NCBI GenBank assembly: GCA_963741955.1
Contig: CAVUKB010000005.1
Coordinates: 768,001-832,000, forward strand
Reading direction: 5' to 3'
DNA: 64,000 nucleotides
Origin: an uncultured Acidobacteriota bacterium
GTDB lineage: Bacteria; Acidobacteriota; Thermoanaerobaculia; Gp7-AA8
Shown: piece by piece, positions 38,527 through 49,039 of the stretch
Numbering within the stretch: the stretch's first letter is position 1
Layout: each line of letters starts with the position of its first letter
Program-made: the position numbers and the translations under genes
The notes under the pieces: generated by a model
What the model was told of the DNA's origin: nothing
The model's database searches: none
What the model saw: the letters and a program-made list of their open reading frames with translations, nothing else

Positions 38527-39291
38527 TCAGAGCCCGGTCGCGCTCCGCTTCGCCGGATGGCTCTGCAGGTTCTCGATGCAGCGGCGCAGGTAGAGGGAGA
38601 GACGGCGGTCTCTCGAGAGATCCCGCAGGAGAGAGATCGGCATTCTCCGCAGCTGGGAGGCCGCCACCGCCTTCGGCGTGCGTGGGTTGAGAACCAGGGC
38701 ACGTCTGATCTCGTTTCGAGAGCTCCACTTCGCATTCTCGCCGATCATCGTCAGCTGATCGACGGAGGCTTTGCCTGAATTGATCAGGCGCACCAGATCG
38801 GCCTCCACCAGGCGCGGATTGATCAGCACCGAAGCGAAGATCCGGCGGTCTTGCTCGAACAGCAGAACGTTGAGAATGGTCTGGCTGCAGAGGCGGCCGA
38901 TGGAGATCTTCTCTCCCGACGTCATTTTCTGGAGCCGCACGAGCAGCTGTTCGTCCATCGCTCTCCGCACCATCGGAGGGATTCTCACGTCGATCGAGAG
39001 GCGCACCAGGTCCGACCAGTAGAGGTGCGGGACGAATCGAAGCGAATGCGGCGGCGGAGTATGGCGGTGCCGCACCAGCTGAAGCTGCACCGAATAGAAC
39101 GAGGTGAGCGCCCTCGCACCGGCGATCAACTCGCAGACCGCCCGGTTGGAGTACGGATTCCGCAGGACCGCGATCGCCTCGCTCTCGGTCAGCTTCGCGA
39201 TCCGGTCGCGCACGAGCTCTTCGAGCTCTTCCCGGCCCAGGCGCTGGATCGTCGTCAGCCCCGGCTCTTCGGCGTGGTCCCGGCGCTCCAT
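38527..39291 (-). CDS. Helical-repeat hypothetical protein, paralog of 36574-37668
   Basis: LRNPY, LINPRL, LVLNPRTP repeats. Confidence 0.7.
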   Translation of the reverse strand: MERRDHAEEPGLTTIQRLGREELEELVRDRIAKLTESEAIAVLRNPYSNRAVCELIAGARALTSFYSVQLQLVRHRHTPPPHSLRFVPHLYWSDLVRLSIDVRIPPMVRRAMDEQLLVRLQKMTSGEKISIGRLCSQTILNVLLFEQDRRIFASVLINPRLVEADLVRLINSGKASVDQLTMIGENAKWSSRNEIRRALVLNPRTPKAVAASQLRRMPISLLRDLSRDRRLSLYLRRCIENLQSHPAKRSATGL

Positions 39292-39359
39292 GAAGACAAT
39301 CAACGGAGTGATGCCGGAGTGTATTGCAGAAGAAGCATCTGAGATTGAGGGGTCTTTAA

Positions 39360-39382
39360 CCCGCATTTCTCACACCATCGCG
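39360..39382. mobile_element. Solo left end of a family A element
   Basis: TTAA followed by CCCGCATTTCTCACACCATC. Confidence 0.6.
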
Positions 39383-39533
39383 GCTCGCGGGGTCGGGGGT
39401 CGGGGAAGTGCACCGTCCATTGGATCGTACGACCCGAGCTCAGACCTCAGATCCGAGATCCCCCGTCCAACATCCGCCTTGCGACATGCCGCCTCTCATT
39501 TCCCCGACGCCCGACCCCCGATCCCCAACCCCT

Positions 39534-39703
39534 GGTCTTCGATCCTCGATCCTCGATGTCTTTCAGATCCACGATCCTCGATCCTCGATCCTCGATGTCT
39601 TTCAGATCCTCGATCCTCGATCCTCGATGTCTTTCAGATCTTCGATCCTCGATCCTCGATCCTCGATCCTCGATGTCTTTCAGATCTTCGATCCTCGATC
39701 CTC
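39534..39703. repeat. Two-tier tandem repeat: (GATCCTC)n punctuated by GATGTCTTTCA
   Basis: About 17 heptamers in blocks of 2,4,3,5,3 separated by four identical 11-mers. Confidence 0.95.
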
Positions 39704-39711
39704 AGATGCCT

Positions 39712-40581
39712 CTACTCCTGTCTCACCTGGGCGTGGCCGAGGACTGCCACCAGTGCGACCCCTCCGACGATGTTCCCTGCGAGTGTCGGCCCCGCGTAAT
39801 TCAGGAGATATTCGCTCCACGAGATCGCTCCGGATGCCAGCAGATACATCACCGAGACCGACCCTGCGATGATGTGGTTGAATCCCCCCAGTCCGACCAG
39901 ATACGTGATGATCACGATCACCCCGACCCGCGCGGTATCGGCATACGGGAGAAGCCACACCATCAGTGCGATCAGCCACCCGGCGAAGATCGCGCTCAGA
40001 AACGCGGTGCTGGGACGCAGGCTCAGCGCGGCGCGTGCGATCTCCACGAACGCGGTATTGACGTCAGGGTCGAACAGCTCCGTCCGGCTGAGGACGACGG
40101 CGAAGATCATCGCGCCGAGGAGATTCGCGAAGAGGACGATCGCCCAGAGCCTGGCCACTCCGGTCAGAGTGTTCAGCTTCCTTTCCTCGAGAAGCGGCAG
40201 GATGGCCGTGAGCGTTTTCTCCGTGAAGAGCTGCTGCCGTCCGAGAATCACGATCAGGAATCCAACGCTGTATCCGAGCTTGGTCAGCAGCGGCGTCCAC
40301 TCCGCATCCGGAAGATGGCTCTTCAGCAGCCCTTCCGCCACCAGCGAGAAGCCCATCGAAAGCCCCGCCGCGAACCCCGAATACGCGAGGGACGCCGAGG
40401 GACGCCGGAGCTCTTCCTCACCCTCGGAGAGAATCGCCGCGTGAACCACGTGAGCGCGAAGCGCCGTCCGCTTCCTCGCTTCCACTTTCTCGGAAGGATT
40501 GAGACTCTCGTTCGAGAGCCTCTCCTCCTTTTCTTCCGGCTCCGGCGCTTTCTCTTTCTTTTTCCGGCTTTGGGTCGCCAA
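39712..40581 (-). CDS. Formate/nitrite transporter family protein (YfdC-like)
   Basis: EGEEELRR, QLFTE, NLLGA, HIIAGS, GNIVGG. Confidence 0.9.
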   Translation of the reverse strand: MATQSRKKKEKAPEPEEKEERLSNESLNPSEKVEARKRTALRAHVVHAAILSEGEEELRRPSASLAYSGFAAGLSMGFSLVAEGLLKSHLPDAEWTPLLTKLGYSVGFLIVILGRQQLFTEKTLTAILPLLEERKLNTLTGVARLWAIVLFANLLGAMIFAVVLSRTELFDPDVNTAFVEIARAALSLRPSTAFLSAIFAGWLIALMVWLLPYADTARVGVIVIITYLVGLGGFNHIIAGSVSVMYLLASGAISWSEYLLNYAGPTLAGNIVGGVALVAVLGHAQVRQE

Positions 40582-40658
40582 CTCTCGTCCTCCGGGAATC
40601 CGCTGCGGAGAACGGCAGGGATCCCGGCGAGGTCAACGGCAAAGGCGATGCCATCCGG

Positions 40659-41693
40659 TCAATCGCGCCCCGCGGATGCACGGTCCGGAATGGAGTAGTA
40701 CGAGCGGTACCATTCGACGAAGCGCTCGATCCCGACTTCGATCGGGGTCTCCGGATGGAAGCCGACGTCGCGGGTCAGATCGTCCACGTCGGCCCATGTG
40801 GCCGGTACGTCGCCGGGCTGCATCGGAAGCATGTTGAGCTTCGCCGGAATGCCGAGTTTCTGCTCCAGAGTCCGGATGAACTTCGTCAGCTCCACCGGCT
40901 GATGATTCCCGATGTTGTAGATGCGGTACGGAGCGTTGCTGGTGCCGGGATCGGGAGCATCGCTCGTCCAGGCCGGATTCGGACCGGGAATGTGATCGAT
41001 GACCCGGACCACTCCCTCCACGATGTCGTCGACGTAGGTGAAGTCGCGCCGCATCTTTCCGTGATTGAAGACGTCGATCGGCCGACCCTCCAGGATCGCC
41101 TTGGTGAAGAGGAAGAGAGCCATGTCCGGTCGGCCCCACGGGCCGTACACGGTGAAGAAACGGAGCCCGGTCACCGGAAGCCGGTAGAGATGGCTGTAGG
41201 TGTGGGCCATCAGCTCGTTCGCCTTCTTGCTCGCGGCGTAAAGGCTCACCGGATGGTCGACGTTGTCGTGCACCGAGAACGGCATCTTCGTGTTGGCGCC
41301 GTAGACGGAGCTGGAAGAGGCGAACACCAGGTGCTTGACGTCGTTGTGCCGGCACCCCTCGAGGATGTTCATGAAGCCGACGAGGTTGCTCTCGACGTAG
41401 GCGTACGGATTCTGCAGCGAGTAGCGCACTCCCGCCTGAGCGGCGAGATTGACCACCACGTCGGGCCGCTCCTGCCGGAAAAGGGCGAGCATCCGCTCAC
41501 GGTCCGCAATCTCCAGACGCTGAAACGCGAATCCCGAACGTGCTTCCAGCCGGGAAAGCCTCGCTTCCTTCAGCGACGGATCGTAGTAGTCGTTCAGATT
41601 GTCGATTCCGACCACTTCGTCGCCCCGTTCGAGGAGGCGATTGACGAGGTGGAATCCGATGAATCCGGCGGCGCCGGTCACGAGAAGCTTCAT
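40659..41693 (-). CDS. NAD-dependent epimerase (UDP-glucuronate 4-epimerase type)
   Basis: [32 protein letters not shown]. Confidence 0.93.
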   Translation of the reverse strand: MKLLVTGAAGFIGFHLVNRLLERGDEVVGIDNLNDYYDPSLKEARLSRLEARSGFAFQRLEIADRERMLALFRQERPDVVVNLAAQAGVRYSLQNPYAYVESNLVGFMNILEGCRHNDVKHLVFASSSSVYGANTKMPFSVHDNVDHPVSLYAASKKANELMAHTYSHLYRLPVTGLRFFTVYGPWGRPDMALFLFTKAILEGRPIDVFNHGKMRRDFTYVDDIVEGVVRVIDHIPGPNPAWTSDAPDPGTSNAPYRIYNIGNHQPVELTKFIRTLEQKLGIPAKLNMLPMQPGDVPATWADVDDLTRDVGFHPETPIEVGIERFVEWYRSYYSIPDRASAGRD

Positions 41694-41820
41694 CCGAGTG
41701 CTCCTCTCCTTCTGCGGTGGGCTCTGTTGCGGCACGAAGAATACCTCAGCGAGGCGGCGGGCGAAACCCGCGGAACTCTCGATTCCGATTCGAGAGGCGA
41801 CCTGCGACTCGCCTTCTCAG

Positions 41821-42561
41821 TCAGTCAAGACCTGTCCCCGAGTGACTCCTTCCGGTCGCTCCAGCCGTTTCCGCGATCTGATGGGCGTCTCTGCGCCTGG
41901 TGAGAAGTGCGATGGTGGCGCCGAACAGAAAACCTCCGATGTGAGCCCACCACGCGACGTTCACCACCTGTTCGACTCCCGACGCCGCGTGAAGGGCGAA
42001 ATAACCGTTCAGGAACTGCAGCCCGAACCAGAGCGGGAGGAAAACCAGCGCCGGAATCTCAGCCAGAGCCCACGAGATCACCAGCGGGAAGAGAGTGACC
42101 ACCCGCGCGCGGGGAAAGAGAACCAGGAACGCGCCGAGCACCCCCGCGATGCTGCCCGACGCGCCGATCGATGGCACGGTCGAGCCGGGAAATGCAGCTG
42201 CGTGAGCGATGCTGCCGATCGCTCCGGCACAGACGAAGAAGAATCCATACGCCACGCCGCCGATCCGCTGCTCCACCTCGTCTCCAAAAACCCAGAGATA
42301 GATCATGTTGCCGAGCAGATGCACGAACCCGCCGTGAAGAAAGAGCGAAGTCCCGAGAGTCATCACCGCTTCCAGCCCGCTGTAGGCGAAGAGGTCCGGA
42401 TGGAAGAGACGCGCCGGGATGAACCCGAAGGTCTGGATCAGGAGGACCGATGCATGACCGTTGATCAACTCGAAGATGAACACTCCGACGTTGATCATGA
42501 TGATGGCGCGATTCACCCCCGCGGGGCGTTTCGTTCGCAGGTTGTTGCGCAGCGGAATCAT
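41821..42561 (-). CDS. Rhomboid intramembrane serine protease
   Basis: FLHGG..HLLGNM, GASG, AHIGG. Confidence 0.93.
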   Translation of the reverse strand: MIPLRNNLRTKRPAGVNRAIIMINVGVFIFELINGHASVLLIQTFGFIPARLFHPDLFAYSGLEAVMTLGTSLFLHGGFVHLLGNMIYLWVFGDEVEQRIGGVAYGFFFVCAGAIGSIAHAAAFPGSTVPSIGASGSIAGVLGAFLVLFPRARVVTLFPLVISWALAEIPALVFLPLWFGLQFLNGYFALHAASGVEQVVNVAWWAHIGGFLFGATIALLTRRRDAHQIAETAGATGRSHSGTGLD

Positions 42562-42643
42562 CCGCCTTCCGCTACCGCAACCTTCGCGCCAGGAGGGCGC
42601 CTCGAGAGTGGAGGCCTCCGCCCCCGAGATCCGAACTCCCGCC

Positions 42644-43768
42644 TCACCGCAGCGCGCTTGCGATCACCTCGACCACTTTTTCCAGCTCGTCGCTTCTCAG
42701 CTCCGAGAAGATCGGGAGAGCGAGTGATTCCTTCGCGGCGCGACGAGACTCGGGGAACGCTTCCGACGCTCCCGGAAGTGAGCGGAAGCACTCCTGGTCG
42801 GGAAGCGCCACCGGATAGTAGATGTCGAATCCGATCGCCTCCTGCCGCAGGGCGTCCATCACCTTCTGCCGGACCGCTTCTCCCTCCGGGAAACGCACCA
42901 CGAACTGGTTGTAGACGTGCCGGCGCCGCGGAAGCGTCTTCGGAAGGATGATCCGGCCCGCTCCCTTCGTCGCCGCGAAGAGCTGGTGATACCTCTCCGC
43001 GTTCTTCTGTCTCCCCATCGTCCACCCCTCGAGATGACGGAGCTTGACGTCGAGAATCGCCGCCTGGAGTGCGTCGATGCGGAAGTTGCCGCCGACGTAG
43101 CGGTGATAGTACTTCGGACGCATCCCGTGAACGCGGAAATCGACCAGCTTTTCGGCCAGTGCGCCGTCGGCCGTGGTCACCGCGCCGGCGTCACCGAACG
43201 CTCCCAGATTCTTCGAAGGGAAGAAGGAGAACGCACCGGCCAGCCCGAGCGATCCGGCACGACGCCCGTCGAACTCCGCTCCGACCGACTGGGCCGCGTC
43301 CTCGATCACCGGGATGTTCCGCTCGCGCGAGATGGCGCCGATCGCCTCCATGTCCGCGCACTGCCCGTACAGGTGCACCGGAATGATCGCCCGGGTGCGC
43401 GGCGTGATCTTCCGCGCGATCTCCTCCGGCCGGATGTTGAATCCTTCCGGCTCGATGTCCGCGAACACCGGAACTCCCCCCAGACGCGCAACCACGCCCG
43501 CAGTCGCGAAGAACGAATATGCCGGGATGATCACCTCGTCCCCGCTTTTCACCCCGAGCGCCATCAGTGCGATCAGGAGAGCGTCCGTCCCCGACGAGAC
43601 ACCGATCGAGTGCGGTGACTGGCAGTACGCCGCGAAGTCACGCTCGAACTCCTCCACCCGCTTTCCGAGGATGAACATCTGTGATTCGTAGACGTCCTCC
43701 GTCACCCGGAGTACTTCGTCGCGGATCGTTGCGTACTGTCGTTTGAGATCGAGAAGCGGGATGGCCAT
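42644..43768 (-). CDS. DegT/DnrJ/EryC1/StrS aminotransferase
   Basis: SSGTDAL, PVHLYGQ, EDAAQ, SFFPSKNLG. Confidence 0.95.
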   Translation of the reverse strand: MAIPLLDLKRQYATIRDEVLRVTEDVYESQMFILGKRVEEFERDFAAYCQSPHSIGVSSGTDALLIALMALGVKSGDEVIIPAYSFFATAGVVARLGGVPVFADIEPEGFNIRPEEIARKITPRTRAIIPVHLYGQCADMEAIGAISRERNIPVIEDAAQSVGAEFDGRRAGSLGLAGAFSFFPSKNLGAFGDAGAVTTADGALAEKLVDFRVHGMRPKYYHRYVGGNFRIDALQAAILDVKLRHLEGWTMGRQKNAERYHQLFAATKGAGRIILPKTLPRRRHVYNQFVVRFPEGEAVRQKVMDALRQEAIGFDIYYPVALPDQECFRSLPGASEAFPESRRAAKESLALPIFSELRSDELEKVVEVIASALR

Positions 43769-44194
43769 CGGTTTCTGTTCCTTCCGTCCGGTTTTCGGCC
43801 CGGAAGAATATCCCGTGTCGCGGCGGTTTGCTACGGCCATTCAGATTGTTTGCAGGAACGAACCTTCCACTGGTGAACGACGTCCGGTGATCCGCCGCCT
43901 CGCCGTGGACGAAGTCCCGCCCCGTTCCGTATATCTCATCGGAACGCCCCACAGGGGCGACCGAAGTTCCCTCCTCGCCGCCTCCTCCGGCAGAACGCAT
44001 CCCTTTTTTGTCTACCATTCTTACCGTCCATTTACGTTATGCGAACATCGCATAAAAACTTGGACGTATTTTCTCGGTGCGCCGTATCAACGGGCAGATC
44101 GCGACGGACACCGGACAACGACCGGCAAGAGCTTCCGCGGAGCACGACACGGCCGCACCGGACGACGCGAAGATCGAACGAGGAGAACACCATC

Positions 44195-45268
44195 ATGTTG
44201 AAGAAACTCATCACTCTCGCCCTCTGTTTCGCAACCGCCAGCGCATTCGCTGCGACCGCGACGTACACCCTTCCGGCCGCGGGAACCGGCGCCGGCGCCG
44301 CGGGAAGCGACTGGCACACGGAGCTGATCCTTCACAACGCAGGCAATCAACCGCTCCAGGCCACGCTCACCTGGCACGACCAGAACGGCCCGGGAGGCGT
44401 GTTCACCACCACCATCGACCCGCGTGCGACTCAGTCGTTCGCCGACGTCGTGGCGACGCAGCTCGGAGTCACCAGCGGCACCGGCGCGATCACCGTCGAG
44501 ACCGACGCGGTCTTCGCGCAGAAGCTCGCGATCTCCGCACGCATCTTCAACCGCACCAGCGGCGGCGATCTCGGACAGGACGTCCCGGCCCTCGATTCGG
44601 GTGCCGCACTGACGAAAGGTGACACCGGCATCATCACCGGTCCCACCGACATCGCCGCATCGCGATTCAACTTCGGGATCTATGCAGCCGACGCCTCCAC
44701 CGTGGAATGGACGCTCCTGCGGAAAGACGGCACCGAGGCCGCCAGCGTGACGAAGGACTACGAGGCGGGCACACAGATCCAGTACAACGGCGGAGTGGAG
44801 ACTCTTCTCGATGCCACCGCCGAGAACGACGACGTGATCCATGCGAACGTTCAGAGTGGACGGCTCTTCCTCTACGGCAGCGTCGTCGACCAGATGAGCG
44901 GCGATCCCACCTGGGTCGGAGCCGGCCGGACCCGCGAGAATCTTCCGGTGCAGTTCCTCGGCGTCGACGTCAACCACGACGGGATCATCGACGCGACGGA
45001 TGCGAACGGCGACGGAGTCCTCGATCAGCCGGTCGACGTCTACACCGCGTTCTTCCCGAACTTCCTGCGTGTCCTGGTCGCGGATCCCGAAGGACAACCG
45101 GTAACCCTCAGCATCGTCTCCCCCACCCAGGACATCCGGATCGTGGAAGACAACCTGGTGCAGTGGTATCCGGGATCGATCCTGAAAGGAACCTCCGGAA
45201 AGCTCGTGATCGCGGCGAACGACGGCACCGACACCGTGAACCTCACCATCCCGGTCAACTTCAAGTAA
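44195..45268 (+). CDS. Secreted hypothetical protein with DxDxDG-type Ca-binding loops
   Basis: GAGGAG RBS, signal peptide, GAAGSDWHTELILHN, DVNHDG/DANGDG. Confidence 0.75.
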   Translation: MLKKLITLALCFATASAFAATATYTLPAAGTGAGAAGSDWHTELILHNAGNQPLQATLTWHDQNGPGGVFTTTIDPRATQSFADVVATQLGVTSGTGAITVETDAVFAQKLAISARIFNRTSGGDLGQDVPALDSGAALTKGDTGIITGPTDIAASRFNFGIYAADASTVEWTLLRKDGTEAASVTKDYEAGTQIQYNGGVETLLDATAENDDVIHANVQSGRLFLYGSVVDQMSGDPTWVGAGRTRENLPVQFLGVDVNHDGIIDATDANGDGVLDQPVDVYTAFFPNFLRVLVADPEGQPVTLSIVSPTQDIRIVEDNLVQWYPGSILKGTSGKLVIAANDGTDTVNLTIPVNFK

Positions 45269-45285
45269 CCGGGAGCTTCCTCCCG

Positions 45286-45319
45286 TCGAAAAAGGCGGCC
45301 TTCGGGCCGTCTTTTTCGA
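45286..45319. terminator. Bidirectional intrinsic terminator
   Basis: AAAAAGGCGGCC-TTCG-GGCCGTCTTTTT between convergent genes. Confidence 0.85.
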
Positions 45320-45361
45320 TCTGGCGCTCACTGCGCGCCGGCCGGCGGAGCGGGGTCGCCG

Positions 45362-46597
45362 TTACTCGAAACTGACCCTCACGAAGCGCCTCTTCCCGAC
45401 CTTGAAGAAATAGCGCTTCCCCGCACTCGCGTCGAGAGTCGCCTTTTCGTCCGCGACCTTCTCCTCGTCGACCTGCACTCCGCCCTGCACCAGAAGCCGG
45501 CGCGCTTCCTTTCCGCTCGGCGCCGCCCCCACTGCCGTGAGAATCTTCGAAACGAGCATCGGAGTCTCCGACGCGGGGAGCTGCTTCTCCTCCACGTCGG
45601 TGGGAGCCTGCCGTTCACTGAAGACTTTCCGGAACTCCGCTTCCGCGGACGCCGCCGCATCGGCGTCGTGGAACTCGGTGATGATCATCCGCGCGAGCTC
45701 GCGCTTCGCCTCCATCGGGTGGAGACTTCCTGCTGAGACGTCCGCTTTCCGCTGCTCGATCTCGGCCGGGAGGAGATCGGTGCAGAGGAGGAAGTACTTC
45801 CACATCAGATCGTCCGAGATCGACATGACCTTCCCGAAAATCGATCCCGGATCCTCGTCGATCCCGATGTAGTTGCCGAGAGACTTCGACATCTTGTCGC
45901 GGCCATCGAGCCCCTCCAGCAGAGGCATGGTCATCACGACCTGCGGCGGCAGACCGTACTCGCGCATCAGGTCGCGGCCGACCAGGAGATTGAAGAGCTG
46001 GTCCGTCCCTCCGAGCTCGACGCTCGCCTCGAGCGCCACGGAGTCGTAACCCTGGGCCAGAGGATAGAGAAGCTCGTGCACCGCGATCGGCTGGTGCGTT
46101 TCGAACCGTTTGCGAAAGTCGTCACGCTCGAGGACCCTCGCCACGGTGTATTTCGCCGCGAGGCGGACCATCCCTTCCGATCCGAGCTTCCCGAGCCACT
46201 CGGAGTTGAAGCGCACTTCGGTCGTTTCGCGGTCGAGGATCTTGAAGATCTGTCTCCGGTACGTCTCCGCATTCCGTTCGATCTCTTCCCGGGAGAGTGC
46301 GGGCCGGGTGGCTTTCTTTCCGCTCGGATCACCGATCATCCCGGTGAAGTCGCCGATCAGGAAGATCACCCTGTGCCCCAGCTGCTGGAAGTGCTTCATC
46401 TTCCGGATCACGACGGTGTGCCCGAGGTGGATGTCGGGCGCGGTCGGATCGAATCCGACTTTCACCGTGAGCGGCTTACCCAACTTCTGCGCCTCGCGCA
46501 GTTTGGAGCGGAGGTCGTCCCGCTCGATCAGGTCGACGCTCCCCTTCGCGAGGTAGTCGAGTTGCTCGTCGATCGAAAGCTGTTTCTGCTGTGTCAT
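45362..46597 (-). CDS. tyrS: Tyrosine--tRNA ligase
   Basis: [24 protein letters not shown]-terminal S4 domain. Confidence 0.97.
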   Translation of the reverse strand: MTQQKQLSIDEQLDYLAKGSVDLIERDDLRSKLREAQKLGKPLTVKVGFDPTAPDIHLGHTVVIRKMKHFQQLGHRVIFLIGDFTGMIGDPSGKKATRPALSREEIERNAETYRRQIFKILDRETTEVRFNSEWLGKLGSEGMVRLAAKYTVARVLERDDFRKRFETHQPIAVHELLYPLAQGYDSVALEASVELGGTDQLFNLLVGRDLMREYGLPPQVVMTMPLLEGLDGRDKMSKSLGNYIGIDEDPGSIFGKVMSISDDLMWKYFLLCTDLLPAEIEQRKADVSAGSLHPMEAKRELARMIITEFHDADAAASAEAEFRKVFSERQAPTDVEEKQLPASETPMLVSKILTAVGAAPSGKEARRLLVQGGVQVDEEKVADEKATLDASAGKRYFFKVGKRRFVRVSFE

Positions 46598-46748
46598 GCC
46601 GTGGAGACTCCAGGAAGATCAGGCGATTCGAAGAACGCGAAGTGTACCGCAAAATCCTGCGCGGAAAACCGCCTGCTTCTCTCGATGATACCGGCGTTTC
46701 GCTCACCTCCACGACGAGAGCGTGCGAGCCACGGCGAGGCGGGTCTCG

Positions 46749-46925
46749 CCCGCATTTCTCACACCATCTCGTCGCGAGGAGGCGGAGAGTGGCCTGGATG
46801 CAAGGCGCGCCCCGCTTCGGCGACGAAGGCATAGTGGTGACTATGTTGAGGAGCCGAAGCCGGGCGCAACGCAACAGACAGGCCGCTATCCGGCTCCGCA
46901 GCAGAGATGGCGTGAGAAATGCGGG
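46749..46925. mobile_element. MITE-like element, family A (177 bp)
   Basis: TIRs present; flanked by CTCG and TTAG. Confidence 0.85.
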
Positions 46926-46929
46926 TTAG

Positions 46930-47153
46930 GGCCAATGGCCCGAACTTAAGCAAGATCCGCGTGTCAGCCGAGAGTCGGCGCGAGCTTGCTGGGCAGCGAA
47001 GGATCCCCTCTCCGAGGGGCGCCACGGCTCCCGCCGTGGCCGCGCAGATCGCCTTCAGAACGCTACGAGACGACACCTGCGGCAGATGCGCAGCAACTCC
47101 GCGCATCGGCTCTGTGAACAGCCACAGTGCCCCTTAAGTTCGGGCCATTGGGG
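46930..47153. mobile_element. MITE-like element, family C (224 bp)
   Basis: TIR CCAATGGCCCGAACTTAAG; flanked by TTAG and TTAA; second copy at 56935. Confidence 0.85.
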
Positions 47154-47177
47154 TTAAGGCCGGAACTCCGGGAAAGC

Positions 47178-47984
47178 TCAGTCGAGCAGATTCGCTTCGA
47201 AGAGTTCGTACTCGCGAACCGGCCGCTCCACCGCGTCACTCCATCGCCAGAGCTGGAAGACGTACAGATCCCAGTGGAGGAGGAACACCTCCCGGGTCAT
47301 CGCCACGCGGCTGTTGAATCCGTCGCTGAACCCGCGCTTGTGCTCCTTGATCACGTGACCCAGCCCGCGAATGACGGTGTTCTTCTGCCGGTTTCCCTCG
47401 CGCGCGCAGAAGAAGTTCAGCGCCGTCTCGATCTTGAAGCGGTCCTGGTAGCGAAGAGGAACGGACGCGAAAACGTCGCGACGCATCACCCGGATCCCGG
47501 AGAGGACCGGCCCGAAGTGGAGCTGCAGGTGAAGGAAGTCGCGAACCGGACCGCGATGGCGCACCCCGACGTTCATGTCGCACTCGCGTCGGATCACCGG
47601 ACCGACCAGCGATTCGATATGGTCCTCGGTGACGTTGAGCATGTCGCCGTCGACGAAGAACAGCACATCGTGAATCGCGTGCTCGACACCGAGGCGCATC
47701 GCGCACCCCTTGCCGTGGTTCTCACGCAGGGCGATCGTGCGGACTTCGAGCTCGCGGGCGATCTCGACCGTCGCGTCGGTCGAGCCGTCGCTCACCACGA
47801 TGATCTCGTCGATCAGCGGGCTTCGCTTGAGCGCGTTGATGACGTTCGCGATCGTCTGCTCTTCGTTATAGGCGGCAATAATGGCGGAAACTCGCAACCG
47901 ATTCCTTTCCTCGCCCGCTCGCGAATCGCGGTAGCCGGGCGCATTGTATCCAAAAAGGTAGAGCTGTCCCAACAGGAACCACAC
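47178..47984 (-). CDS. Glycosyltransferase family 2
   Basis: IIAAYNEE, VSDGSTD, NHGKG, DGD. Confidence 0.9.
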   Translation of the reverse strand: MWFLLGQLYLFGYNAPGYRDSRAGEERNRLRVSAIIAAYNEEQTIANVINALKRSPLIDEIIVVSDGSTDATVEIARELEVRTIALRENHGKGCAMRLGVEHAIHDVLFFVDGDMLNVTEDHIESLVGPVIRRECDMNVGVRHRGPVRDFLHLQLHFGPVLSGIRVMRRDVFASVPLRYQDRFKIETALNFFCAREGNRQKNTVIRGLGHVIKEHKRGFSDGFNSRVAMTREVFLLHWDLYVFQLWRWSDAVERPVREYELFEANLLD

Positions 47985-48117
47985 TCGTCTTCCATGGGGT
48001 TCTCATCGAAACGGAAACGCGAGTTCTGCGGCAGAGCCCGATGACGACGAGAAGCGCGGCTGCGTGAACATCCCGCTTCGTCGTCACCGGGGCGTGCCGG
48101 AACAGTCGCGCGAAGCC

Positions 48118-48600
48118 TCAGCCCCCGATCCGTGAGACCGTGAAAGGAAACGCGAGCTGGCCGACGGGAGTGTTGTAGTACGCGTTCCCGCGCAGCTCGT
48201 ATCGCGCATTCCCCCCCTGCACCCACGTCGAGAGCTGCCGGAAGATCGACTGGACATCCGAATAGGCGACTCTCGTCCGCAGCGGAACGTCGCCGGTGCC
48301 GTTCGCCGGAATCCGGATCCCCTGATTCGCGATTCCGGTCGCCACGTGCGAATCGTTCACCAGAAGATCGAAATCGATCCGGTCGAGGTTGAGTCCGATC
48401 GAGTTCGGGTTCTGCACCGCGAGATCGATGTTGAAGTCGATGGACGATGCGGAGAGCGGAATGGCGACGTTCACGTTCGGCCGGATGCTCCGCACGCTGT
48501 ATTCGGGATTCTGGATGACCGGAGCGAGCGAGCTGCACGCTGCGAGTCCCAGCAGAAGAGCCGCTCCGCCAATGGCGGTCGCGATGAGTCTCGGTTTCAT
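48118..48600 (-). CDS. LEA type 2 (WHy) family lipoprotein
   Basis: Lipobox LAAC, VQNPN motif. Confidence 0.85.
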   Translation of the reverse strand: MKPRLIATAIGGAALLLGLAACSSLAPVIQNPEYSVRSIRPNVNVAIPLSASSIDFNIDLAVQNPNSIGLNLDRIDFDLLVNDSHVATGIANQGIRIPANGTGDVPLRTRVAYSDVQSIFRQLSTWVQGGNARYELRGNAYYNTPVGQLAFPFTVSRIGG

Positions 48601-48834
48601 GTCGTCGGGTTGTGCAAGCGGCTCACCATGCGGAACGCAGCGTCGAAACTGCGACGGAAGTCGCATTAACTCTCATCACATGAAGTAGTTAGGTAGGTGC
48701 CTGACGCCGCAGACGGGCCGCGATCGCGCTCCGCAGCAGAAGTCCCGTAATCCGGGCTGGACACGTTGTCCTCTCCAGAGTGTCCTCGCCCGAGTGAACG
48801 CTCGGGCGGATGCTCGATCCCTTCTTCTGCCAAG

Positions 48835-48863
48835 CGCTACGGACGTTTCTACCGCGCAGACCC
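48835..48863. mobile_element. Solo end of a family B element
   Basis: CGCTACGGACGTTTCTACCGCGCAGACCC joined to a family A copy through CCAG(G). Confidence 0.65.
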
Positions 48864-48868
48864 CCAGG

Positions 48869-49039
48869 CCCGCATTTCTCGCACCGTCTCGTCGCGAGGA
48901 GGCGGAGAGTGGCTTGGATGCAAGGCGCGCGCAGCTTCGGCGACGAAGGCATAGCGGTGACTATGTCGAGGAGCCGAAGCTGTGCGCAACGCAGCAGACA
49001 GATCCTTCTCCGCAGCGGAGACGATGCGAGAAATGCGGG
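48869..49039. mobile_element. MITE-like element, family A (171 bp)
   Basis: TIRs present; right end abuts the TAG stop of the neighbouring gene. Confidence 0.85.

Noticed and set aside
39534-39703. Possible CRISPR array
   Set aside because: The constant unit is only 11 bp, the intervening sequences are heptamer copies rather than unique spacers, and there are no cas genes in the window.
39408-40698. ORFs with ILDPRSS/SSILD repeats (also 53239-53681)
   Set aside because: These are translations of the non-coding heptamer arrays, open in several frames, without an RBS and partly antisense to real genes.
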